Shown here: positions 1 through 9,607 of the stretch, piece after piece
Layout of the letters: each line of letters starts with the position of its first letter
Numbering within the stretch: the stretch's first letter is position 1
Assembly (NCBI GenBank): GCA_964019335.1
Contig: OZ025683.1
Coordinates: forward strand, 1 to 64,000
Direction: 5' to 3'
DNA: 64,000 nt
Origin: Diplonema japonicum
Taxonomy: Eukaryota > Protista > Euglenozoa: Diplonemea
The notes under the pieces: generated by a model
Databases searched by the model: none
The model's input: the letters and a program-made list of their open reading frames with translations, nothing else
What the model was told of the DNA's origin: nothing
Program-made: the position numbers and the translations under genes

Positions 1-1517
1 GGTTTGCGGGTTTGCGGTGGGTTTGCGGGTTTGCGGGTTTGCGGGTTGCGGGTTTGCGGGTTTGCGGGTTTGCGGGTTTGCGGGTTTGCGGGTTTGCGGG
101 TTTGCGGGTTTGCGGGTTTGCGGGTTTGCGGGTTTGCGGGTTTGCGGGTTTGCGGGTTTGCGGGTTTGCGGGTTTGCGGGTTTGCGGGTTTGCGGGTTTG
201 CGGGTTTGCGGGTTTGCGGGTTTGCGGGTTTGCGGGTTTGCGGGTGTTTGCGGGTTTGCGGGTTGCGGGTTTGCGGGTTTGCGGGTTTGCGGGTTTGCGG
301 GTTTGCGGGTTTGCGGGTTTGCGGGTTTGCGGGTTTGCGGGTTTGCGGGTTTGCGGGTTTGCGGGTTTGCGGGTTTGCGGGTTTGCGGGTTTGCGGGTTT
401 GCGGGTTTGCGGGTTTGCGGGTTTGCGGGTTTGCGGGTTTGCGGGTTTGCGGGTTTGCGGGTTTGCGGGTTTGCGGGTTTGCGGGTTTGCGGGTTTGCGG
501 GTTTGCGGGTTTGCGGGTTTGCGGGTTTGCGGGTTTGCGGGTTTGCGGGTTTGCGGGTTTGCGGGTTTGCGGGTTTGCGGTTTGCGGGTTTGCGGGTTTG
601 CGGGTTTGCGGGTTTGCGGGTTTGCGGGTTTGCGGGTTTGCGGGTTTGCGGGTTTGCGGGTTTGCGGGTTTGCGGGTTTGCGGGTTTGCGGGTTTGCGGG
701 TTTGCGGGTTTGCGGGTTTGCGGGTTTGCGGGTTTGCGGGTTTGCGGGTTTGCGGGTTTGCGGGTTTGCGGGTTTGCGGGTTTGCGGGTTTGCGGGTTTG
801 CGGGTTTGCGGGTTTGCGGGTTTGCGGGTTTGCGGGTTTGCGGGTTTGCGGGTTTGCGGGTTTGCGGGTTTGCGGGTTTGCGGGTTTGCGGGTTTGCGGG
901 TTTGCGGGTTTGCGGGTTTGCGGGTTTGCGGGTTTGCGGGTTTGCGGGTTTGCGGGTTTGCGGGTTTGCGGGTTTGCGGGTTTGCGGGTTTGCGGGTTTG
1001 CGGGTTTGCGGGTTTGCGGGTTTGCGGGTTTGCGGGTTTGCGGGTTTGCGGGTTTGCGGGTTTGCGGGTTTGCGGGTTTGCGGGTTTGCGGGTTTGCGGG
1101 TTTGCGGGTTTGCGGGTTTGCGGGTTTGCGGGTTTGCGGGTTTGCGGGTTTGCGGGTTTGCGGGTTTGCGGGTTTGCGGGTTTGCGGGTTTGCGGGTTTG
1201 CGGGTTTGCGGGTTTGCGGGTTTGCGGGTTTGCGGGTTTGCGGGTTTGCGGGTTTGCGGGTTTGCGGGTTTGCGGGTTTGCGGGTTTGCGGGTTTGCGGG
1301 TTTGCGGGTTTGCGGGTTTGCGGGTTTGCGGGTTTGCGGGTTTGCGGGTTTGCGGGTTTGCGGGTTTGCGGGTTTGCGGGTTTGCGGGTTTGCGGGTTTG
1401 CGGGTTTGCGGGTTTGTGCGGGTTTGTGCGGGTTTGTGCGGGTTTGTGCGGGTTTGTGCGGGTTTGTGCGGGTTTGCGGGTTTGCGGGTTTGTGCGGGTT
1501 TGCGGGTTTGCGGGTTT
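1..1517 (+). repeat. Tandem array of the 8-mer GGGTTTGC, with 10-mer variants GGGTTTGTGC near the inner edge (~1410-1500)
   Basis: Read directly from the sequence; near-perfect array running off the window start. Confidence 0.98.
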
Positions 1518-2127
1518 GGCACGGGCACCCACCCACCTGAAACCAAATTGGAGGGTTTCCCTCCCTTTGTTCCCCGAAATGGACTCCCACCCCCCCGAGA
1601 GCAAGGTCTCTGGGTGGGTGGGAGCTGGGCCTGTTCTTAAGCCCGGGGGGTGGTCCCCTCCCGTGAGCACCCACCCTCCTTCTTTCTTTTTTTCCCCCCT
1701 CTCAGTCTTCAGGCGGGTGGCGGTGGCGGCTGCGGAATCGGGAGCGGGCGCGCTGGCTGCGGGTGGTTCTATTTTTTTATGTTTTTTATTATTTTTGACG
1801 ACATCTAGAGGGGATCTAAGGGGAGGGGAGGGGTCATACTGCCCGGCCAGATTTCGGTCTGGTCGGGTGGTCGGCGTCTCTCGTAGGCGTTCCTCCTGCG
1901 GGCGGCGGTCTCCGACGACGTTTCGTCTAGGGTCCATTTTTATTTTTTTTTTTTTTTTTTTGTGTTGAGGGGGGCGGGGATCCTTTGCTAAACGGCAGGC
2001 GGGCCGGGCCGAAACAACCCCCCCAGACGACGACGAACGGACACCGAGCGGACGCAGCAGGCACCAACAAAAACACAGACGACCAATAAAGTACAGAAAC
2101 TGTAGCTTTAGAATCGTTGGTTTTTTT

Positions 2128-3831
2128 AAAGGGGGACTTGAGAAATAACTATTTATTGCCAACAAATAATGAGTCATAATTTAACTCGAGTTCCCGAATT
2201 TTTTGCACGAGGGCCCGCCGGGCCCGAGTGCAAAAAAACGGTAACGAGAGTTAAATTATGGCTCATTTGGCGGCAAGTAAGTCGTTTTATTTCACTCTTC
2301 GTCATTTGAGTCACTCTCACTCACTCACTCTCACTGCTTTCACCGCTGCTTTCCTCACACGGGTCAGCTTTTTTTTGGGGGGGGACAGGCATTTGGTTAT
2401 TGTTGATATTGATTGTGACGTAGTCGCTAATATTTGAGAAATAGATAGTTTGACCCGGTTGGACACTGTTGGGGGCGGGCTGTGGCAGTCCAGGCTGTTG
2501 TGTGTTGGGAACCAAGGCAGGATTTCCAGGCTGCTGTTGTGAGGGCAGGCAAGGAATGTTCAGCTGCTGCGACACAGTCCTAATCAGCTTTTTGCTTTTA
2601 TCGATGTAGCCCTGGGCTACTGAAACCGAGTTCCAGCTAAAAAATTTCATCAGCGTGGCTATGTCGGCGCCCCCTTCACAAGCAGCTGTAGCGGCACTCC
2701 TCCTCATCGAATGCGAAGTGTACTTCGACGGGCAGCTCTTGCCTAGCAGGCTGGCCACTACTTTGGTGACGTTCCTCACGGTGTTGATCCCTAACCTGGA
2801 CGCAACAAACCCCTTCGACCCGTTCTGTGTATGGGCTGCCCTCCAAAGGAACGGTTTCTTGTCGTCAACAGAGGAAAAATAGATGTTGAAAACATCGGCT
2901 GCGAGTCCCTTCGGCACTAAAAAGGTCGAAAGCTCCGGAGGTCCACGCTGTTTCTTGCGCTGGAAGCAGAACCAGAAGCCGTAGTCGTCTTGCGACACCT
3001 TAGAGTACTCTAGCTCGTACAGCTCTTCCCCCCTCAACCCCCCGTAATAACCACAAACAAACATTGCTCTGTTCACGGTAAAAACGTTGGCCTTCATATG
3101 CTCAGGGCATTCGAGGGTGAGCAACGTAGAGAGGTCCTCCATGTTGAATACCTCAGCTTTTTTGACAACCCGGGTCGTGGAGGATTCCGACCTCTTCAAA
3201 AAGAGTTTGAGCTCTTTCCACTCCTTTTCATCAGCCCCATAAATTGCAACGAAGACAGCCCGGATTTGGCTATACAGCGTCCACGCGGTGCCACAGCTGT
3301 ACCCATCAGCAAGTTTCTGCTTAAGATAGGAGATGACATCAGCTTCTTTCGGCTTCGTATGCTTGGACCAGAAGTTTTCCCATGCTGTTTTGTAAATCTC
3401 AGCTGACTTCCTGGGGAGTTTTTCTTCCCAGTTCGAACACTTTTTAACCTTTGGCATGATTGCGATGCGATTTGTAGTGCTGTTAGGTGGTTTTTTTGCT
3501 GAAATTTCCCTAAGGTGATATGGGGGTGGCAATTTCGCTATGGCATTTAAAGGGGAAGTAAAGCGCTTATTCCCACTTTTAAGGGCTGGAATGGCCTCAG
3601 ATGGCCAAAAATAGTCAAAATACCCCCACCCCAAAAAAATTTTTCAAGGGGGTGGGTACATTTTTTCACGACGAGACCCATTTTTTCACTCTGAATGGCC
3701 ATTATTTAACTGCAAAATCTCATTATTTAACTAGTTAAATAATGGCGATTTCGCGTTAAATAATGAGGCCCCTAGTGAGTGAAGAAAATGACGAAGAGTG
3801 AAATAAATAAATAAAAAGGGGGACTTGAGAA
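2128..3831 (-). mobile_element. Crypton-like (CryptonI-type) tyrosine-recombinase DNA transposon
   Basis: Single YR ORF. Flanked by the 17-bp direct repeat AAAGGGGGACTTGAGAA (2128-2144, 3815-3831), a 22-bp inverted repeat (2286-2307, 3786-3807) and long palindromes (2168-2267, 3697-3770). Confidence 0.8.
2321..3457 (-). CDS. Tyrosine recombinase, CryptonI-like (likely start MPKVKK, ~378 aa)
   Basis: Catalytic set GGLRGEE (R), RKKQ (K), HSMRR (HxxR), FSW (W) and QGYI (Y). The N-terminal GTAWTLYSQIR and KKAEVF segments resemble CryptonI proteins as I recall them. Confidence 0.9.
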   Translation of the reverse strand: MPKVKKCSNWEEKLPRKSAEIYKTAWENFWSKHTKPKEADVISYLKQKLADGYSCGTAWTLYSQIRAVFVAIYGADEKEWKELKLFLKRSESSTTRVVKKAEVFNMEDLSTLLTLECPEHMKANVFTVNRAMFVCGYYGGLRGEELYELEYSKVSQDDYGFWFCFQRKKQRGPPELSTFLVPKGLAADVFNIYFSSVDDKKPFLWRAAHTQNGSKGFVASRLGINTVRNVTKVVASLLGKSCPSKYTSHSMRRSAATAACEGGADIATLMKFFSWNSVSVAQGYIDKSKKLIRTVSQQLNIPCLPSQQQPGNPALVPNTQQPGLPQPAPNSVQPGQTIYFSNISDYVTININNNQMPVPPQKKADPCEESSGESSESE

Positions 3832-4517
3832 TGTTTTTTTTTTTTTTTCTTCAAAAGACACACAAGGCACGATAAATCTTAAGAGAAAATAAAAATATTC
3901 CAAAACAGACAATCAAGTTCCAACCTGGGAGGAAGGCATGGGTTTCTCTTTTTCTTTATGGGAGGGAGAGGGGAAGAAGAAGAAGCAACTCCAAATGATA
4001 AAAATTCAAAAATAAAAATCTCAAAAAAGGCTTAAAAGAAGAAGAGGCAAATTCAAAAACATACTAGGGAGGAATGAGCGGGGCAGGGGGTAAAATTTAG
4101 GAGGGGGAAAGAGGGAGAATCAAAAAAGGGGAAAGGGGCAGAGTGACCAATGTCCATGCGAAAAAGCATAGAGCGGGGGAAGAAGAAAATCAAAAACAGG
4201 AAAAACACATCACCACTTTTGGGTTATAAACCTGGAGTGAGATGAAAAACGGGGAAAAAAAATATAGAACTCGAAACGTCGTAATAAGACGACGAGAGAA
4301 AAGCAAAAGAAATTTGATAAATTTCGGTGTGCGGGTGGGTGCTCATCGTAAAAACAAGGTAAGTTAGCAAAGCTTTCTTAATAAACTTTTGTCTTTTCTT
4401 CACCCCTCCCCATTCGTCTCTTTCAGTGTTTGTGTATACAATAATGCGACCGGTGTGGAGGCTGCTAGAAGGTATGCCAGGCCCTGTTTGTGGGGGGCAA
4501 CCAGTGAGGGAAAAAAA

Positions 4518-4590
4518 TGCGAGGTGCCAGGATCGAACTGACGACCTTAGGATTATGAGACCTACGCGCTGCCGACTGCGCCAACCTCGC
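4518..4590 (-). tRNA. tRNA-Met(CAT), elongator type
   Basis: Reverse complement GCGAGGT-TG-GCGCAGTCGGCAGCGC-G-TAGGT CTCATAA TCCTA-AGGTC-GTCAG TTCGATC CTGGC-ACCTCGC-A folds as a cloverleaf; T7 terminator at 4511-4517. Confidence 0.95.
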
Positions 4591-4591
4591 T

Positions 4592-7500
4592 TACGTTTCG
4601 TGTTTTTTTTTTTTTTTTTTTCAAAATACCAATGCAGGGCCGCCATGGAGAGCAACACCTGAGAAAAGGGAAAAAAAAGGTGAAGGGAAACCATGGGGAA
4701 ATAGGGAGGGCAAAGGACCAGGCTTCTGCAAGCAGGAGGAGCCCTGGTCCCCCACCAACCCGTGCTCTGCTTTGGGACAGCCGAAGAGGGCTGAATTACA
4801 TTATTCCCTCAGTCAAGTGAGAGAAAAACGGGGGCCTACCTTCCAGCTGGATGTCCTTCTTTGGCTGGAACCTCCGGCGGAAAGCCCCCCAGGGAGGTAT
4901 TGCTCCTATTGAGCGAATCATTGGTGAGTGTGAAAATAAAATAAAAAGGGGAAATGGGAAACAGTGAGAGGAAGGTGAAGGAAGGGAAAGGAAGGGAAAG
5001 GAAAGTGGAAAACACAACATTTCACTTTACACACACGCGGGCGATCCCTTAGCGCAGCACGGGGGCCGCGGGACCGGCGTCAAGAGAGACCGGAGGAGGG
5101 GGCGGCACGTTCGAAGGTGCAGTGACGTCTGTAGACGCCAGGGATGATGGCGAGGTGAACAGTCCGGAGCGTGACCAGGCGAGCAGGCCAGACTCAACAA
5201 TGAGGTCGTAGATCTGGGTCACGCGTCTCGACAGGGAGAACGCTAGGGAGGGAGTACCAGCAGGAGTGTCGATCGCCCCCCTCCCGATCACAGGGCACCC
5301 ACCGACAACATGCTCCCTGGACATCGGTGCTGCGTGGCAGGCTGGGCACCGGAGCACACCCTTGTGCTTCCTGTTCGGGCCAGCAGTCTGCAGGAAGCCG
5401 AAGAAGAGAGCCGAGTGACCAATCCGCAGCCGCGAGATGACCGTTTCAGCTTGTCTGGGGAAGCCAAGGGGGAAGTGCGCAGACCGAAGCTCGGTCGCCA
5501 CCGCGTAGTTGTGGGCGAGGGATGTTATGAGCTCCGCGGACCTCCGCACCACCCACCGTCGCACCAGGGCCCTCACTGATCGGTAGTCAAGGGAGGGCCT
5601 GTCCTGCTTCCGCTTCGTTCCCTCCCCGGCCAGAGCGTCAGCCTTCTCGTTCCCGTCCACCCCACAGTGGGAGGGCACAAACTGGAGGACCACCGGTGTC
5701 CCCTGCGTGCGCGCCGCGGACACCAGCCGGCTCCACGTCTGGTGGTCGAGCTTCTCCCTCTGTCGCGTTGGGCCAGCTCGCAGCTGCTCGACGAGGGAGA
5801 GGGAGTCGGTGCAGATCGACAGCGGGGACTTCGCCAGCGAAGGGTGTGTTTTTCGGAGGGTAGCCACCATATCCAGCGCCGTTTTCACAGCCATGCCCTC
5901 TGCCCGAAAAGATGAACAGAAGTCGTTGACGCCATGGCACACAGACACAGGGGTCAGGGGGGGAGGCAGCTGCAGATAAACCCCAGAGCCACCTTTCGCC
6001 TTCTGTCCGACCTGTACAACCGAGCCATCCGTGTAGGCATGGATGCCCGGGGGGAGAGCCGCAAGAGCAGCCTCGGCCGCCTTCCGCCTGTCCGCGTCTG
6101 GCGACGATCGCGTGACCCCGCCGGGGAGGTCAGTCCTGAAGTCGACCATGCCTGTCTGCCACGGGGCCGCCAGGGGCGTAGCCGACAGGTACTCGAAGTG
6201 CACCTTTGGTTCCAACCCGCATCGACGCAGTGCTTGGTAGCCAGAGCGCAGCCACCCACACCCCAGCCTGTTCGCCTGCTTCAGCTTGACCGTCTCCCTG
6301 TGAACCGGGGAAGACTGCCAGCAGAAGGCCTTCGCCGTCATCGTCGCCGCAGCACCCTCCGCCATTCTTTCGAGGGGAAGCAGTCCTGCCTCAGCTAGGA
6401 GCTTGTACCCTCCGGAGCCACTCCAGCAGCCCGTGATCAGCACCGCCGCCTCCTGGTGAAGCCCAGCCAGGTCCTTCCTCCCGACATCATCGAGCCTGCT
6501 GTAGTAGACCCCCATGCAGTAGCGCAGCAGCGGGAGGATGTACGTAACGTAGAGAGACCGCAGAGTGTCCCTCTTGCTGCCCCAGGACGTGCCGGACAAG
6601 AGCTTCAGCACCCTCAGCCTTTTGCTGGCCCGCCGTAGGATGTCCTGTGCGTGTTCACCGAACGTGAGCCCAGAGTCCACCGTAACCCCAAGGTACCTCG
6701 CGTGTTCAGACAGAGGCAGGGGACGGGCCGCAACGTAGTCCACGTCGGGCCGTCGCACGGCTGCATGCATGTCCCGCACGCAGCGGATCCGCACACCACC
6801 CGCCTCCACAACCTGAAGGCCCGCCAGCTCCTGGTCCCCGGAGATCGTGCCATCGGCGTTCACCCCCAGGCCGAAGAGTGGGTTCTGGAAGGCACCTGGC
6901 TGAAGGGGGACTCGTGACGAAGTGAAGTAGACCCCGAGACGTTTCTGGGGGGGGACGCAGACTGCCTGCGTCTTGGACGTGCTCAGCAGCATGTCACGCT
7001 CCCTGCACCAGTCCTCAACCGCATCCACCACTGCCTGCGCCTTCCGCTCCAGCCCAGCCACGTCCCCTTGTCCAGAGGAGATCACAACCGCCACGTCGTC
7101 GGCGTAGAGCACCGAGACGTCCGCCAGTCCCTCCAGTCTCCTGGCGAGTTCGTCGACGTAGATGGTGTACAGGATGGGACCCAAGACAGAGCCCTGGGGG
7201 ACACCCCGTCGCACCTTCGTCGTCGACCCCCTCGACCGTCCAATCGTGACCGCAGCAGTACGGCCGCATAGAAAGGACCGCGTCCACTCCACGAAGGGTT
7301 CGGGGAGACCCTTCCCTCGCATCTTGTCCAGCAGGGCACCATGGGGCACCAGGTCGAAGGCAGAAGAGAAGTCGAACAGCAGAGCGGCCGAGAGACGTCG
7401 ATCGTCTTTGTTCCTCGACATGCACTCAGTGAGGGTTGCCACCTGCTCCTCCGTGGAGCGGCCGCGTCTGAAACCAGCCTGGCTGTCGTGGAGTCCCTCG

Positions 7501-9527
7501 ACTCCCGTCCCGTCCGCGTCAAGAAGAAACGTGAGCCTCTCCTCGATCATCCTCTCCAGCAGCTTGCAGAGGCAGCTGGTCAGGCAGATCGGCCGGTAGG
7601 AAGCCAAGAGAGTCGCATCTTTTCCAGGTTTCGGTACCGGGACGATCACTCCCTTCTTCCAGGCACCGGGGACGACACCCATCAGCCAGGAGCGATTGAG
7701 GAGTAGAAGGAGGACACCGAGGGAGTCCGAGTTCAGGTGTAGGAGCATCTCCGAGAAGATTCCGTCTTCCCCGGCCGCGCTGCGCGTCTTCATCCTTCTC
7801 AGGCCGCGGGTGAGGTCGTCCACGGTGAACGCTTGACACCCGAGTCTGCTTGCAGAAGGAGCGGCGTCCTTCGAGTTCCCGTCACCACGCCTGCCGTAGA
7901 GCTTAGCGAAGTGCGCCCCCAGCCGGTCGGCCTTCGCCTTGTCCGACACAAATCTTCCCTCGAGTACAGGAAGGTGTGTCTTTCGGTGCCTGCCGTCCAG
8001 CTTCTTCACCGCTCTGAACGCAGCCCCGAGGTCCTTGCTCCGGCTGAGGTCGGCCGCCATCCTTCCCCATGCCTCACGCTTCGTCTCGTCAAGGAGTCGG
8101 TTGACTTCCTTCACCTTCGCCCTGTACTCCTCCACCACCACGTCCGCCTCTTGAAGCAGGAGTTCGCGCAGGGTGTTCCGCTCTTCGAAGGCGTCCTCGA
8201 GCTCAGCAGTCCACCAGGGGGTCGGGCCACGTCGCATCCCACAGAGGGGAATGTGGTCGTTCGCCGCAGTCAAAAGGGCTTGTGTAAACCCCTTCGTGAC
8301 AGAGTCAATCGGAGCCGCCGTGTCAACACCAGCAAGCAGGCGGGCAACAGCAGCAGTGTAGTCATCCCATCTGGCTTTTTTGAAATTCCAGGTGGGGAAG
8401 GGGCGCTCCGAACGGTAGACGTCCTCAAGAGGCAGGTGAAAGGATACGGGACTATGATCGGAGCCCCACGTGCCCAGCGTCTTCGGCTCAAGCTTCGCGC
8501 AGCGCCCCACAACCAGGTCCAGAACGTGTCGTGACGAGTCCCTCGTCGGTTCGTTGCGGTCGTTGTAGACGGTGTACCCGTGGGTGTCCAGCCAGTCCCT
8601 GACCACGTTCCCCCTCTCGTTCGGCGTCGTCACCGTGGCGTCCCAGGAGCTGTGGTGAGCATTGAAGTCACCCGCTATGACTGTGTTCTTCCCCATGGGA
8701 AGGCTGCCAGGCCGCAGGTACTCAGGGTCCCTCGTGCCTCTGCTCGCGCTTACCGGTGTAAGGTAAACGTTGGAGAGAGTGATCGGCTCACGCTTCTCGC
8801 AGGAGATCCTCACATCCAGTCTCTCAGTGACACAGTCCCCAGCCGGGAGTACGTGCGGAACCTCCTCCGAGGCAAGATCGTCGCGGACATACGTGACAAT
8901 ACCACCACCCCTCGTCGCAGTGCCGTCAGTCACCGGTGTCAACCGATCCCTCCTGTATGACCTGTACCCAGGCAGGTGTGGCGTGTCGTGCCCTTCCCTC
9001 AGGTGCGTCTCCTGTATCATGATGATGTCCAGCGACAAGAAGTCAGCATGGCGAGATACGACGGTCCATTTCGCAACGAGGCCGTTGCAGTTCCACGAGA
9101 CAACCTTGAGACCCTTAGGCGACGGGGGCGGCAGCTTCTTGGGTGGGCCAGGGTTTGTTTCGACCAGCCCAAGCAGCCCCAGCAGGTCCCTGACGGACAT
9201 CCTCCCGAGTAGGGTGGGGATCAGTGCAGAAAAGTCGGTGAAGAAACAGAGAGGTAGGAGTCTCCTGGGGAGGATGCGAGGGAGACTAGGAGAGGGAGCA
9301 TGGTCGTAGATCTGCTGCTCCCCCTGTTCTGCGGGGCCCCTTCAATTGGATGGACCCATGGAGGCAGAGCGCCCCTTGACCCCATTGGTGAAGAGATCTT
9401 TGGTCTCCGCGAACGACCTGGCCCGCCCCCTCGTACCCAGGTTCGTCACCGCAGCCTCAGAGGTCGTAGCGAGAGGAGGAGCCCCCTTCTTCCCCTTCCC
9501 CTTCCCTTTCCAGTGTACGTTTCGTGT
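4592..9527 (-). mobile_element. Full-length Ingi/L1Tc-clade non-LTR retrotransposon (element ~4604-9515) with 12-bp target-site duplication
   Basis: TSD TACGTTTCGTGT at 4592-4603 and 9516-9527; poly(A) tail (T run 4603-4621); single intact ORF. Confidence 0.93.
5049..9200 (-). CDS. Ingi-like polyprotein: 2A-like peptide, AP endonuclease, reverse transcriptase, RNase H, C-terminal CCHC zinc finger (1383 aa)
   Basis: VETNPGP; SWNCNG, IQETH, GDFNAH and SDH (APE); YRPICLTS, QAGFR, GVPQGSVLGP, YADD and YLGV (RT); YTDGS, AE, TDS and HCGVDGNEKAD (RNase H); CPAC..H....C. Confidence 0.96.
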   Translation of the reverse strand: MSVRDLLGLLGLVETNPGPPKKLPPPSPKGLKVVSWNCNGLVAKWTVVSRHADFLSLDIIMIQETHLREGHDTPHLPGYRSYRRDRLTPVTDGTATRGGGIVTYVRDDLASEEVPHVLPAGDCVTERLDVRISCEKREPITLSNVYLTPVSASRGTRDPEYLRPGSLPMGKNTVIAGDFNAHHSSWDATVTTPNERGNVVRDWLDTHGYTVYNDRNEPTRDSSRHVLDLVVGRCAKLEPKTLGTWGSDHSPVSFHLPLEDVYRSERPFPTWNFKKARWDDYTAAVARLLAGVDTAAPIDSVTKGFTQALLTAANDHIPLCGMRRGPTPWWTAELEDAFEERNTLRELLLQEADVVVEEYRAKVKEVNRLLDETKREAWGRMAADLSRSKDLGAAFRAVKKLDGRHRKTHLPVLEGRFVSDKAKADRLGAHFAKLYGRRGDGNSKDAAPSASRLGCQAFTVDDLTRGLRRMKTRSAAGEDGIFSEMLLHLNSDSLGVLLLLLNRSWLMGVVPGAWKKGVIVPVPKPGKDATLLASYRPICLTSCLCKLLERMIEERLTFLLDADGTGVEGLHDSQAGFRRGRSTEEQVATLTECMSRNKDDRRLSAALLFDFSSAFDLVPHGALLDKMRGKGLPEPFVEWTRSFLCGRTAAVTIGRSRGSTTKVRRGVPQGSVLGPILYTIYVDELARRLEGLADVSVLYADDVAVVISSGQGDVAGLERKAQAVVDAVEDWCRERDMLLSTSKTQAVCVPPQKRLGVYFTSSRVPLQPGAFQNPLFGLGVNADGTISGDQELAGLQVVEAGGVRIRCVRDMHAAVRRPDVDYVAARPLPLSEHARYLGVTVDSGLTFGEHAQDILRRASKRLRVLKLLSGTSWGSKRDTLRSLYVTYILPLLRYCMGVYYSRLDDVGRKDLAGLHQEAAVLITGCWSGSGGYKLLAEAGLLPLERMAEGAAATMTAKAFCWQSSPVHRETVKLKQANRLGCGWLRSGYQALRRCGLEPKVHFEYLSATPLAAPWQTGMVDFRTDLPGGVTRSSPDADRRKAAEAALAALPPGIHAYTDGSVVQVGQKAKGGSGVYLQLPPPLTPVSVCHGVNDFCSSFRAEGMAVKTALDMVATLRKTHPSLAKSPLSICTDSLSLVEQLRAGPTRQREKLDHQTWSRLVSAARTQGTPVVLQFVPSHCGVDGNEKADALAGEGTKRKQDRPSLDYRSVRALVRRWVVRRSAELITSLAHNYAVATELRSAHFPLGFPRQAETVISRLRIGHSALFFGFLQTAGPNRKHKGVLRCPACHAAPMSREHVVGGCPVIGRGAIDTPAGTPSLAFSLSRRVTQIYDLIVESGLLAWSRSGLFTSPSSLASTDVTAPSNVPPPPPVSLDAGPAAPVLR

Positions 9528-9607
9528 AGCGATCACGAAAATGTGTTGTCGTGGCAATAGTAAGCATCCTTTAGGCGCACACCGGTCACGGGTAGTCAAG
9601 AAGCCGG

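Noticed and set aside
1-1517. CRISPR array or canonical telomere
   Set aside because: No spacers; strand polarity is opposite to a left-end telomere.
4-1968. Three long ORFs of repeated CGFAGLRV
   Set aside because: By-product of a stop-free 8-bp tandem repeat that is open in all frames.
2321-3634. Phage integrase/XerCD or bacterial contamination; 437-aa start at 3634
   Set aside because: Eukaryotic context and Crypton-like motifs; 3634 is a non-ATG start and the first ATG is at 3457.
4622-4660. U2 snRNA-like 3' end in the LINE tail
   Set aside because: Only superficial similarity; no Sm site or branch-pairing sequence recognised.
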